A DNA stretch of 64,000 bases from Lama guanicoe. Lineage: Eukaryota. The stretch lies in contig MU053557.1 in assembly GCA_013239625.1 (NCBI GenBank), positions 379,063 through 443,062 of the forward strand. Direction: 5' to 3'. The notes under the pieces were generated by a model. The model worked only from the letters and a program-made list of their open reading frames with translations. It was not told the origin of the DNA and did no database searches. The position numbers and the translations under genes are program-made. This document shows positions 1 to 13,019 of the stretch, piece by piece. The stretch's first letter is position 1; the number at the start of each line of letters is the position of its first letter.

Positions 1-703
1 TTTTTCCTATATTTATGAAATTGTTTTCCCCTTATACCACAGATACACCTACTTGGAAGACAGGATAAAACTCACTTACTGATTGGAAAAAATAAAACAG
101 GGCAGGTTCACAGCCTCCTTACGTACTAAACTACATTGAATATATATCAATGGATGTAGAACCAAGGGTATGGAGGTTGAGTCTTCATTAATCTAGGGTG
201 TTAAAATTCATTTAACTTGACTGTTCATTTATTATCCCTTCTGGAATTATTGTGACTCTCAAAACCTAAATGAAATTTAAGCCTGTGACACCCATGGGGT
301 AGTTTTATTGATAAAGGAATTCTGAATAAATAAAACTGAAAGCCAGGAGAAGTTTGACAGGTTAACTGCGGAAGGAGTATAAACTCATTGAAACATTAGT
401 GCAAGCCAAGTTAATCTGTAAGCCTTAAATGAATCTCAGTTCAGAAAAGAGCGTTAGGAATAGTTTGCTATTTGTATTGGGTTTACTTGTCAAGACAGAC
501 CAGAGCGTTTTTCTTAATCCACGCCATAGCTTGTTAGTGACTTCCTACAGCGTGTAACTAGCATGGCTATTAATTTGTTGTAATTCTTCCGAAGACACTG
601 TTAACCGTAAACTACTACTATTAACTGTGGCTTAATGCTCTCAGGTACAGTAGGCTTTTGGGACTGAGCCGTGATAAAGATGGAAAGGAAGCATCACTAA
701 TCT

Positions 704-838
704 TTTTTTTAATTAAATTTTTTTTTTAATTTTGGGGGAAGGTAATTAGGTCTTTATTGTTAATGGAGGTACTGGGGATTGAACCCAAGACCCCATGCAT
801 GCTAGGCATGTGCTACACCACTAAGCTAGACCCTCCCC
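704..838 (-). mobile_element. tRNA-derived SINE, camelid Vic-1-like
   Basis: Reverse-complement tRNA-like head (ctggggattgaacccaagacc...ccactaagctagaccctcccc) with T-rich tail. TSD aagcatcactaatct (689-703) / aagcatcattgatct (842-856), 13/15 identical. Confidence 0.9.
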
Positions 839-899
839 ACAAAGCATCATTGATCTTAACGTTTTCCCCTCCAACAACTTGAATGGCATGCACCTTGAT

Positions 900-2060
900 T
901 TAAACTTTCCTGGTTGTTATTCTTAATTCTTTTTTTAAAAAGTGTGGTTATCAACATTAGGGATGAAACCCTGTGTATTGTATTCTCTCATAAAAACCCA
1001 GAAACCAGTCATTTCTCTAATCACCTCAATGTCCTTCTTTAATTCTTTGTATATTCTGGATTGTTGACATAACAGTGTATTATGATAAATTAATTTTCTA
1101 GTATTATATATTTTCCTTTTTAAGAATCATTACATTCTTATACTATTTTGCAAAATGTTTAAGACAATTATATGAACAGTTCTATATTGAAACAGCATTA
1201 ATCTTCTGTATTAATCTTTTATTTATAACAACTTATTCTTGGGCTGTTTGTTTTGATTCATGTTTCTTGGTCCTAGGGACTTTTGTCTTCAGAAGCTCAT
1301 GGGTTTCCTTTATTATTGTTTTAATTTATTATACTATCTTGCATATATTATTTTAAATATTTTATTTATTTTTTATTATTTGATTTTTAATATTGTACAG
1401 AAGACCTCTGAGGGCAAGTTGATTTTTCCCTCTATAAGTAATGCTTCCCCCCACCCCACCCCGAGAATGCATCCTCTCTCAGTCTTTGTAGGAAATTGTC
1501 TTTACTTTTGAAATTCAATTATTTAACCAGGACACAGGTAAGTGCCAATCTCACTCTAACAATTTTGCTTGCTACATGATAAATACCTTTGACCTGCAAC
1601 TTTAGATCTTCAGCTCAGGAAAGTATTTTTCTATTGCATCTAACTTTTATTTCAATTTTCATGTGCTTCTCTCCCATTTTCATTTGTCTTTTCAGTCTGG
1701 GAGAGTGAGTCAACCTTTTCCTTTATGTGGCTAATTCAGTTTCCTACAGCAGTAATTCTATTCTTCATTGATTATGGTTAAAACTTCTCATTATATTAAT
1801 AGTAGTTTCTTTATACTTTTTCACTACCTAGTTCCCTGTATTTCTTAATCTGAGACTTTCATCTCATTTTCCTTCCTTGTCTCAGAGGCTGCATTTCATG
1901 TATTTTATGGTGGAGTGTGGAGCTGGTGTTCTCTTAACTTGATTCTCACTTTAATGTAGTATTTTTTTCAGCTGGGTGTTCTTTCTATTTCTTGACTTCA
2001 ATGTCATCTATGCTGATTTTGCAGAATGTTTGTGTGGATTCTTATTGTTTATCCATTCGT
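900..2060 (-). mobile_element. Ancient, highly decayed LINE-1 (L1M-type) fragments
   Basis: T-rich sequence with patches resembling antisense L1M; no intact ORF; boundaries uncertain. Confidence 0.4.
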
Positions 2061-3239
2061 AAACATGAAGAGAACGATTTAGGCCTTGTATTTTGAGTTC
2101 CAAACAGGTGAGCAGGTCCTGCTCGGGTCCTCCTCATTTACCTGGACCATGAAGGTATATTGTCTGTAACGTTTTAAGTTGGAGACTCGACCAGCATACG
2201 TTTTCATGATTAGTTTAGTGATTGCCCTAGCTCGTTGGGAAAAGGGAAAGATTTAGGGCTGAGGGCAGGTCCTGAAGAACCACATTGTCTCTGAACCATT
2301 TCTTCACTGTTCTTGGTGAGGAGATGGGACCAGCTGTCACCTTTCTATTTTACCACTTTGCCCAGCTTTCACTCCCCATATTCGACGTGTCTGCGTCTGG
2401 TCGCTGCTGTCCAGTGCCTTGCAAGAGCTCCACCACATTAAGGAGATGCCAGCCACACTGGGTTTCCTTTCATGAGGTCACAATTATCCTTAACTTTCCC
2501 CAAAGAGCTGCTTGGAAAGCTTTTCAGTCATGACGGTGGAGCAATTGTTAATGATGAGTTCTGTATTCTCCTTTCTCTTTTTGCCTTCAAATTCCCTCCT
2601 CCTCCATTTAGGGGTGTGGGTGGGTCCTGTCCATTTACTTACTAAATATTTGTCAAATTTAATTGTTGTCCAATTGCCTTCCTACAATTTTGGATAGAAA
2701 CACCCCTCCCACCAATAAAAAAAAGAAGACCGGAGAAAATTCCTAGAAATAAAGCTTTTGTCAAATGACACTTATGATAATTGGCAACAACTTTAATGAT
2801 GATGTTGCTGAGGGAAAGCCAGGGTTCTCATTCTGCAGCAGCAAATGCCAGGTGGACTGCCATTTACAATAGTGATTGTGGCAGGTCAATGGGTAACCTC
2901 CTTTCCCTTAAAGGAAAAGCTGCCAATGTAAATGTTGAAAAGAGAATATTCCTATCTGGTTACAAACGCAAGAGCAATTCTCGGAGCGCTAGAAATGCTT
3001 GGAGTGGTGACAATGGTAAAACGCTAATCATTTTCTAAGAAACCTCTTCTAGTTAGGTCATGACTGTGTACTTCTGAGATGATGACAGAACTGTCTCTCA
3101 AAGACTTTTCATCAAACCTTGATGTTCTGCCCTTTGCTCCATCACTTACTGGTTCTCCTGAGTATGTGGATCTCCAAGTTTTAATTAATTACTGGGGCAT
3201 AACAGAGCTTCTAGATGTAACATTGTTTTAAAAAAAAAG

Positions 3240-4090
3240 GATTAGTAAGCAGCGTAGGTAAGGAGCTCCCACAAAGCAATAAGAAAAAGACAAATAAGCA
3301 TACAGAATGACAGACTGAAGATATAAGCAGAAATTTCAGAAGAAGAAATCCAAATGGCCAATAAACATATGAAGAGACACTCAATCTTACTAGTATTTAG
3401 GGAATTAAAGCAACCAGATGATATTTCATAATCACAAAACTGGCAGGATTTAAGAAGTTTGCTAATATCAAGTGTTAGTGGGGAAAAGTGAACTCACAAT
3501 CACTGACGGGAGAGGTGCCAGTGGGTATAATGACTTTAGAAAGTGATTTGGTGACATTAAGCAGAGTTGAAAATGCCCATAGCCTATTACCCTCAGTTGC
3601 ACTTCTGGGTTGATATCCCAGTGAAACTTTTACACATGTGCAACATGGAGACATGCCAAAGAATGTTCTTTGCAGCGATGTTTTTAATAACAAAAAATTG
3701 GAAATGAGTCAAATGCTCATCTGTGAGAGGATGGGGATTAAGAAATTGTGGTATATTGATAAAGATGGAACAGTGTGCAAAATAAATGAGGAATATCTTC
3801 CTGTGTCCACATGGGCAGATCTAAAAACACTGCTGGAAGAGAAAAAGCAAGTTACACCTTGATATCGTTTATTTAAATTAAAAATGGTGAGGCTGGTAAT
3901 GCTATACCGCATTTATGGTGACATATAAACATATGCCCTCACAGTAAAGGTTTAAAGGCATAAGTTAGACACACTCTATATTTAGATTGGAAATTGTTTC
4001 TGAGATTGGAACGAGGTAAATGTGTTTTACACCTACACAGGAGGTGTCAACTTTCTCTGTAATACATTTGCATTTCTCTCTTTCAATAGG
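3240..4090 (+). mobile_element. Old LINE-1 (L1ME/L1MC-type), ORF2 3' part and 3' UTR
   Basis: Typical L1 motifs gaagaaatccaaatggccaataaacatatgaagaga and aagaaattgtggtatat; reading frame broken. Confidence 0.8.
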
Positions 4091-4149
4091 AAAGATCTTG
4101 AAGTAACTGCGGCAAAACATTGTTCTTTTTTTTCAATTTTTTAAAAAAA

Positions 4150-4340
4150 ATTTTAACATTTTTTTATTGAGTTATAGTCATTTTACAATGTTGTGTCCAA
4201 TTCCAGTGTAGAGCACAATTCTTCAGTTATACATGAACGTACATATATTCTTTGTCACGTTTTTTTTCACTGTGAGCTACCACAAGATCTTGTATATATT
4301 TCCCTGTGCTACACAGTACAATCTTGTTTATCTGTTCTGC
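4150..4340 (-). mobile_element. Young lineage-specific LINE-1, 3' UTR fragment
   Basis: Closely matches the reverse complement of the L1 3' UTR at about 62590-62785 (ttttacaatgttgtgtc...ccagtgtagagcacaatt...ttccctgtgct); T-rich tail on the left. Confidence 0.9.
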
Positions 4341-4863
4341 ATTTGCCTGTTAGTATCTACAAATGGTTGAATGGTGGGTGCATCAGTATTGGTCATATTA
4401 ACCTCTGTAAATGTTAAGTACTTTTTCCATTACAAATACTCTGCAATTTACCCTCCAGGTCACTGGTCTCCTGTCACCAGACCCCTTCAGGGGCTTGTGG
4501 TGCCAGCGCACCTGGGAGGTGAGCTGGGGCTCCCCCCTCCCCTCTGTAACCTGGGGAACTGTTCAGTTAGACTTTGATTCAGTCCACACAGAGCTTTTCA
4601 GGCAGCATTCTGCTCAGATGCCCACACCTTAAAAGGCAATACTAATCCAGTTGCAGTGCGAGAAACTATTTTACAATTGGGATTCATCTGCAGTGATTTA
4701 TTATTTTTTGAATTTTAGGATAAATGCTAGAACACTCTCAAATGAGCTCTTTCTGTGCTCAGACATTATTATTTGTCTCATCTGCCACTTTAGCTGGTAT
4801 TCTTAGGAGTATGTAATTCTCCAAAAAGTAGACTCTGATCTCCTGTTTTAAAATCTAAGGTTC

Positions 4864-5088
4864 TCCTGTATAGCCCAGGGAACTATAGTAAGTATCTTGA
4901 ATTACCTAGAAAAAGAATATGAAAAAGAATATGTACATTTATAACTGAATTACTATGCTGTACATCAGAGACTAGCACAACACTGAAAGTCTCTTCTACT
5001 TGATTAAAAAAAATACTCAGATATAGTTAAAAATATATAGTCAATTAAAAAAATAAAATAAAATAAAACCCAGTGACATTGGAGGCAG
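4864..5088 (+). mobile_element. Artiodactyl-type LINE-1 3' UTR fragment with A-rich tail
   Basis: cctgtatagcccagggaactata...aaaagaatatgaaaaagaatat...tatgctgtaca; homologous to about 37230-37385. Confidence 0.85.
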
Positions 5089-6849
5089 ACACCTATTTCT
5101 CTGATGTTTCCATATCTAACAATCCTCTTTTTGCGTATCTGAAGCAAGAGCCCGAGTGCTACGAAAAATAAAATCTGGGGGGAAGAATTGCACTTCTTTG
5201 GACTTCATCAGCTTTCTGAAATGTTTTAAAGGAAATTCTGCCTTGCCTGGGGCTGGAGTGAGGGCTGAGAGTGGAGTGGATCAATATGGGAGCCATCCCA
5301 GCTCTGCCTGAAGAGCTATGGTAATTAGAGGAAATGGCTTATCAGGTCTTTTCACAATCTGGAAAAGAAACCATTTGTGGAATCAATGGATGCCTGGCAG
5401 AGCCCATCAACTGTAGTTCAAAGATATTTATCTGCATGATTCTCAGGTACCTGAATCAGAAGGAACCTAAATTCCACAGCCCAGTGTAAATGCATCCCAC
5501 TGGCCATTAGGCACGGCTCTTATATGCAATGGCTATTAATTGTCTCATGGGGAAACAAATGCTGGTTTTACTTTAATTATCTGGACAATTTAATAAATTC
5601 CTCATGTGAAAATTTCAAATGTATCACGACTCATTTGCAAGGACCAGCAGAAAGAGTGAAAGGATACAAAATATAATTACTCTGGCAATGAGAACGTGCA
5701 GTCGCTTCAGCTGCCGGCGTACTTGGGGAGGTCCAGACAGACTTTGGGATGTGAAGTCGAGGAGGAGAGGACTTTTTCCTGACTAGTGCTGTAGAGGGAA
5801 TGTGGAAAGGAGACCATAGACGACGCTTGTCACCATGTGCAATTGCCCAAGCAGAGCTGACATAAGACCCCCTTTCATTCGGCAAGTTATTTATGGGCCA
5901 GAGTGTTTAAATAAGAACAAGACGGATAGTTCCTCAGGATTTCAGAGCTGGAACAGAGAACCTTTTAGAGGCAGAATGGAACTGGGCAGGCAGTCACATT
6001 CCGAGGAACAAGACCTCAACCAGCGAGGTTTGGCTTAGAAAACAGTGGCTGGGTAGCTGGAGTCTGAAGACTTGCACCCTTTAACCAGGAAAATCTGTTT
6101 ATAGGTCCTCGAAAATTTTGGATCCTTGTGGTCTGGCCTGGCTGGGGAATTGCATCGGCGTGTAAACAAGGCGCCCTGCGTTTGAGCATTTTTCCTCTAA
6201 GCAATTCAAATAGATTCCGAGATATTTATTGGGACTTTGGGGGCCACGTAAATAACAGCGCACTTCCTTCTCTGGGCTCAGACCTCACTGAGAAATGTAT
6301 CGCTGGAAATCAGATAGCTCAAGGTCAAGATGCCAACTTTCATGGATAAAGTGGATCTGGAACATGGCATGGGTCGGCAACCACTAACATTTTTCTCTCT
6401 GAATGAGAGAAACTCTCCCATCTGGCCAGGGCAGAGGGGCAGAGGGGGACAGCTCCCGGCCTCCTGTCGGGCAGGCCCCTCAGCACATGTGTGTGGAGGA
6501 GAGGCTGATCCCTACAGAGAATGCTGAGCCCCAGGCCCCCACTCACTCAACTGCTCCGGGAGGAGGAGGAGAAGGAAGAGGAGGAAGGCAGCGGGAAGAG
6601 AAGGGCCCAAGAGCTTCTTCCACACTTTTCCTGCCTAGACAAGTGTTTCCCTCTCCAGAAATAACAAAAAGTATTATATTACCTGTGATTTGACTTTGGA
6701 ATTCCCCGTCCTAGACAATGCGATAGAACTATTCATTTGAATGCACATCCTAGAGGTGATGTTAGTTAATCTAAATAGAAATATATTCTTCAGCATTGCC
6801 AGGAGCCCTCACATCTCACCTCTGGAAAGTTCTAAGTAGTTCTTAAGAA

Positions 6850-7230
6850 TCAAAACCCCAGTCCAACCCCCTCATTACTCACAGATGCAGAATAGAGGCC
6901 TTGTAAGACCGACTTACTTAGGGTCAGAGTTAGCTAACTGAGAGCTGGGAAGGGATTGCAAGGCTCCTTCTCAATGGGCCAATGGCCTCTTCACTTTAGT
7001 GTTGGAATATCATTAGTTAAAATTTTTTTGATGCTTATTACATGGCAAACACTGTTTCCAGCACATGTGTTACCCCCATGTAATCCTTACAGTCACAGTG
7101 AGATTCGTCATATTGTTATTCCCATTTAACAGATGAGAAAATTGATGCCTAAAGAAGGACTTATCCAACAGCACCCAGTGACAGGTGGTGGATCAAGGAC
7201 TCAAATCCAGATACTGGAGTCCAGAGTCCA
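6850..7230 (-). mobile_element. Two MIR SINE relics
   Basis: Antisense MIR cores: cccctcattactcacagatg (about 6870) and attcccatttaacagatgagaaaattga (about 7120). Confidence 0.75.
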
Positions 7231-7989
7231 GCCTTTTTTTTTTTTTTTTCCACAGTTTCAGGGTGAAACAAGTTCTTCAGAGAAGAACCTGCCTAACCCT
7301 TCCCTTTCCACCACAGGGGACACAGGCCCAGAGAACAGAGCGAACGTGACTGCACTTCCTTTGCAAAGGTAGCCGATCTCGTCCAAAGAGTTTTTCCTGC
7401 TGGTGGGCTTGTTGGGGACTTTCCAAAGAAGTGGACCTAGTCTCTTCCTCAGCATACAGAGCTGCGCGTAAGTACTCGATAAACAGCACAATAGAGCCTG
7501 TGACGTCTCACTCTTCTGATGACTGTTTGGTGGGTTCAGTTAACACATTGTCGTTTCACTCATTGAGATGCTTTTCAGTTAAAAACTTATTAGCCAAGCA
7601 CTGAGATTATCAATAAGATAGACCAAATGCCAAAACACGGCGCTCTTTAATTACAGGAAGAAGTCTTTGGAACCAAAGGCTATGTGAAGTATTTTGATCT
7701 CTCTATAATGAACAATTAGTCCTACTGAATTCTCATTATTTACAGGAATGCTTGATCCCTGAAACACTAGAGGTGGAAAATAAATAGAATTTTGTTGTTG
7801 TTGTTAAATAAGGTTAGTACAGCCTTAGTAGTGAGCTATGTACGGGGAGGTCTTCCAAAGGTTTTGATGGGTCTCTACAGAACCATTGAAATGGACAGAG
7901 TAGTTAGTTTGATTCCTGTAGATTATCAGGACATGTTCAGCTTTGTCTTCATACCTGCCATGAGAAAGGCTTAGGGAAGATGGGCTCGC

Positions 7990-8270
7990 TCTCTGGTAGC
8001 CCATGGACTGCACACTGGCCCAAAGATACAATTTATTTGGTTTCGACAGTGTTTAAAATTTTAACTAATTTTAAAATAAAGAGGTTTTTTTACATGAAAT
8101 AGTTAGATTTCTAGCTCTCTTAAATAAAAGTTAGCATATCTAGCTGACAGGCACACATTCGTCCAGGAGGCAGAAGCCACCTCATGACCACTCCTCTGGC
8201 GAATATGGACTTCCCAGTTTATATGGAGTGTCCCAGCCCAGTTTGTCCACCTCATCACGTATATTAATTG
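7990..8270. mobile_element. hAT-Charlie DNA transposon relic, MER102-like
   Basis: ggcccaaagatacaatttatttggtttcgacagtgtttaaaa...tacatgaaat...agatttctagctctctt resembles the recalled MER102 consensus. Confidence 0.6.
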
Positions 8271-9504
8271 CCTAGCTCCATGTTATCTGACTTTGTGACT
8301 CTAGTCTGATCCAGATTGCTGAAGACTCCTGGAAAATAAAACCCAGCAAAGAGATAGACTCCCTCCCATCTTCACCCTGACAGTCAGTCCTAGTCACATC
8401 TTTGGTTTCGAGCAGCAGTGTGCGTCCTTTGAAAAGGAAGGGCAGTGAAACGTGGCAACCATCTTCACAGGAGGGGAGGAGGAGGGAGGACGGGAAAGGA
8501 GTGCTGACCTTGCTGGAGGTCAACATGGTGTCTAGAATAGGGGTGAAATAAACTCTCTTTGGCCTGAGTACCCAACACCAAACATCATTCAATCTTGTCG
8601 GTTACAGCCAAAACACAGTCGCTTCTATGAAAAAAATAGTCAGTGAAAAGTAGATCAGCCAGTCCTACCTTTGTGACCCAACTGACCACTCATTTCCGTG
8701 CTCACATCTAGTTTAGTGAAAAGGACATCTTCATTTCTGGGATAATCAAGGGAAAGACCTTGGTGGTTTGGTCAATGACTATAACATGTAGCTTTCTTGC
8801 TACAAAATTGCATGAGGTGGGTGAGCTGGGGAAGTGGGAATCTCTGTGACACAGGAGAAAGCAGACTGCGGATAGAACGGCCCATCATCCATATTCAGAT
8901 AGTTAAAACGCTTGCAAATGAGTTACCTGCGATTTATTCAGGGATCCCAGAGTGATTCATCCCCATTCCCTTTACTTCTGAATAATGAGCTTCGTATCTT
9001 TTTGAGTGGGTACTAGTTCTAAAATGACCTGACAACTTACTTCACATTGTCTTCTGATAATTATTCCTTTTTGTATCAAAGCTGTGTCTACAAAGGGATA
9101 AATGAATGGATAAAATCCTTTGGACCCAATTCCTGTGCTGCAGGATGAGCTCCTGCGTTAAGGAGACCTGGATCACAGTCGTAGCCTCGCCATCAGCCAC
9201 TGGAAGACTCAGCATGGTCACTTCCCTTCTCTGGTCCTCAGGTTTCACAGCAGCAAGGAGAAGATGTGAACTGGAAGATCCCTCAGATGTTATGTGACTC
9301 TTATTTTTTGAGAGGCAAAGAATTGTGGGGAGGCTCCCCAAATTTAAGACAGGCCCGTACCGCTGAATACTAATACCTGAGTGGATATAAGTATAGTATG
9401 AGGTTCCCTTTGGGTTTCTATATACAAAGATATTCTATTCAATTTGATCACTTAATTAAATAGAAAAAATACAGTTAACCCCAAAAATCATACCTAATGA
9501 TATA

Positions 9505-9653
9505 CAGTAGGCCGTCCCTCCAAATCTGTGGGTACAGAACCTGCAGATGTAGAACTGTGGGTACTAAAGGCTGACTGTACTGTCATTTTATGGGAGGAAC
9601 TTGAGTATCTCTGGATACCCTGGCTTCCGCCACAGATACCCAAGGGACAACTG
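9505..9653. mobile_element. TcMar-Tigger non-autonomous element, MER2-like, internally deleted
   Basis: Imperfect terminal inverted repeats cagtaggccgtccctc... / ...gatacccaagggacaactg, flanked by TA at 9503-9504 and 9654-9655. Confidence 0.75.
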
Positions 9654-10229
9654 TATAGCTTAAGCATTTTTTAACTTAGCATACATAAATGGTCATTGAT
9701 TTCCTAATTTTTCATAGGGCCAAAGACTTTTCTTTGATTCTTGAGTCTGCCCATTGTAATTCACCCATTAGGCACTCTCTCTGACTTCCAGTTTTGATTT
9801 GCTCAAAAGAGAACAAGAACTTAAAAACTCTGAGAAGCAATGAGATTAAAAAATCCTGGAGTTCTATAGTTTTGTGTCATTTTCTGATCATCTTCTCACC
9901 CACCCCTAATTTATGGCAGCATTTTTAAGTTGCTTAACTTTATCGAGACTCCAAAGAATTCAACTTGCTTTTCACAAGAATAGTTTCTGCCTTCTCATTT
10001 CATTACTTAATTAATAATTAATTATGTTACCAAATTGAAACAACATGTATAACTGGCACCCACAGGTTTGAGAACAAACAGGATGATGCTTGGTACGTAC
10101 AGAACTCAAATGGAGTGTGTGGGCGGGCACATGAGATAGCAGCAATCAGCATTCTGAGCACTATTTAATCCACTCGGTTAATGAAAAGTCAGTTAAGTGG
10201 CAGTTGATCAATAGGAGTGTCCGCTGTAT

Positions 10230-11125
10230 GTATTATGCACTCAGGCTATTTGTAAGTAACCAAAGCCAATTTTAACAAAATAGGCAAAGAAAGGAGTTTA
10301 TTGGAAGGATTTGAGATAACACACCAAATTGAAGGCAAAACTACATAACCAGCTATGAATGTAAAATATTTCCTGCCATATCAGTAACCAAAGGATGTTG
10401 CAGCCATCAAGCCATCACATTGCAGCTGCCCCTGATGGTGAATCCTGAGGAGACTCAGAATGGGAAGCACTGGATACTGATCCTAGATCTTTTAGGTGCC
10501 CATCAGAGGAATGACTTCAATGAGCCCAGACTTTTGCACTTTCCCATACATAGAAAAGCGCTAAACTCATTAACTTGAGATATCTGGTTTTCTTTATTTG
10601 ACAGTAATCTTTTTGATGTTCTGACTACCCAGCCTTTGTTGCAAAAACGGCTATGTATCCTGGCTCCTCCCCTACCTCTTGGACCAGTACCTTGGTGCTC
10701 TCTAAGCAGCTGTCTCCTGGGCTTGAAGTCCTCAGAAAGTTCCCCCAATAAAACATAATTCTCAACATTTAGTTTTTGCTATTTTTGTCAGTCGACACAA
10801 TTCTCAGCAAGATGGGAACTAGGGAAGAACTGGGCAAACAGGGTGCAGGCACAAATGGATAGTCTCTTCAGGGTGTATCTCTGGATGAACTGGCTCCAGC
10901 TGTTTTTTTTCCTTTGTGTCACTTGGATCAAGAGCCAGATCACCATGAGAGGGGCTCTGGTTGGTCTGTGGATCACATGGCCCCTCCTCACCCGGAACAC
11001 CAGACCCTGGAGAAGACCTTCCCGAAGACTGCACTCACCGGGGAGGGGTCATTCCCCAAAGGTGGCCAGAGGTGCTGTTACCAGAGGAGGGGGGAATGTG
11101 TATGGTGGACCAAGGCCTGCAAGTT
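10230..11125 (-). mobile_element. Old MaLR LTR (MLT1-type), interrupted by a younger LTR
   Basis: MLT1-like ends aaaggagtttattggaagg (left) and cattccccaaagg...gtgctgttaccagagg...gggaatg (right). Confidence 0.6.
10360..10797 (+). mobile_element. ERV1-class solo LTR (cetartiodactyl MER41-like)
   Basis: TG...CA termini (tgtaaaa...cagtcgaca), 438 bp, AATAAA at 10747-10752. Internal motifs cccatacatagaaaagcgctaaa and ttaacttgagatatctggttt are recalled from artiodactyl LTRs. Confidence 0.8.
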
Positions 11126-12636
11126 TGGGCAAGAAATTGTATTAGCCCTGGGGAGATACAGAGCCCTAGAGGTGAGTCCTGATTCTCCCTAGAAAAGGGA
11201 GAAGGGTGTGCAGAATACAAGGACACCTGCAGCTGCTCACTGCTGCTTTCTGCTTTGACATCCCTTTTCCCAGCATCGCTCAAGTCTTCTACCTTTGGAA
11301 ACTGAGTGAAACATGCCAATTTCCTCAGCCATTCACACTGTTCCACGAGAACAGCTGTGGTGCCTGGATCTGGGCCCCAGCTTGTTGCTTATTAGCTACA
11401 TGATCTTGGGTAGCCACTGCTTCCATAGACCCTAGACTCTCCATAGATAAGAGGAAGTCTCCTTCCAGATGTAATATTTTATCATTTCTGTACCTGGACA
11501 CATCCCCTTCCTTCGTACATTTGACAAGAAGTCAACAAAGCAGGTGTATCTCTCTATGGTTTGCTGAAACTATTTTGCAGGCCAGAAAAAATGAATGTGA
11601 AAGTTGTGCTTTAGGTTTGGCTGGAACTGTATAATACGTAAATACAGCGCTTAGAGATGAATTAAAATACCAGTAAAAAGCATTAAAACACCATTCGTTT
11701 GCACTCTACACTAGCTGGCGACCTACTGCACTAGACTCCTTATCTCAGGTTGCTTTTCCGTTCTTTTATTAAGGTATGTACACAAGAGGCACCTGCTTCT
11801 TCCATGAATGTTCTGAATGGTCCCCCCATCTCTGCATCCACAGGGACATCTCATTTTCTTATTTTATTTTGTTGATCCTGCAGACGGTTTCCTGGAGTGC
11901 CCTCTGGGCAGGAGATGCTCTTGGTTTCTTTCAGAAAACCTCTCTGAGATGACCACTGAGGATCTCACAGCCACTCGAGGCTTTGGCACTGGGACATCCC
12001 CAGGAACTAAGACCCTCCCCTGGGTAAAGGAGAGGAAATGCTGAATGAAGGTTAAACTCCTACCACCTGGCGGGGTGGGAGGTCATCACTGAAATTAAAT
12101 GCAGTCAGAGACAGAAATATTACCTGTCCCCTTGAGTTTACGGACTAAGACGTTTATCTTAGAGAGATTTGAACGTTATTCCGTAGATGACGGGGAGCTA
12201 AGTGAGGCAAGTGACAAATCAAATATTTATTTTAGAAAAGTCTCTTTGGCAGCAGTGTAGAAGATAAATTGAAAGACAAAGAGATCTGAGGAGGGGGAGA
12301 CCATCAGGACGTTGAGCCAACAGGCTGGGTTGGAGGGAATGCGGGGGAGGAAAGCTTGCACACTCACTGCCTGGTCACCAAAACCATTTCCTTTCCACTG
12401 GGACATACTAGGCTACGTTTTCCAGCCTCCAGTGCTGGGTGGGGCATCTCCACTGAATCTGGACCCGGGGTGGGGGGGAGGGTGGGCAGGAGTAAGGCTT
12501 CCTATGGGCAGTTTCCCATATGAACCTCCATGTGCCCTCTCTCCCTTTGTCTACCAGCCAGATGTACACACTGGGGTGACCTGGCAACCATGTGCTGATG
12601 GTGGAGCCTCCATGGGGCTGGGTCCCTGAATAGAGT

Positions 12637-12668
12637 ACACACACACGCGTGCGCACACACACGCGCAC
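12637..12668. repeat. Mixed (CA)/(CG) dinucleotide microsatellite
   Basis: acacacacacgcgtgcgcacacacacgcgcac. Confidence 0.9.
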
Positions 12669-13019
12669 ATCCCCTTCAATGTGTGAGCAAGAAAAACATT
12701 TCTATTATGTTATGATGCCAAAGTTTCCAAGTTCATCCGTTAGCACATCTAGTGTCATCTTTCCTAATATAATCCCTGAACCTCTCGGGGTAGAGCAGTC
12801 CTTTGTAGGCGCTGCTGTGTACCCGCTCTGTCCCTATCCACACCCTCATTATAGGAAAAACAGAAAAGTAGAAAGAAGAAAATATGGGTTACATATCACT
12901 TCAACCCTCTAGGGAAAAACGCCCTTAACAGTCTGGTAGATTTCCTCTCGCTCTTTTTTTCCTCTGTAGCATCAAAGGCTATACTTAGTCTGTTCAGACC
13001 TTAAATTTCTCACTTAGAG

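Noticed and set aside
4193..4417. Apparent paralogous ORFs 4193-4417(+) and 62521-62757(-) sharing SNSSVEHN.SVIHE
   Set aside because: Both are antisense translations of the same L1 3' UTR family, not a gene duplication.
7256..7368. Plus-strand exon candidate after a poly-T run
   Set aside because: The pyrimidine tract is a simple T-run at a MIR edge and the donor (AAG|gtagcc) is weak.
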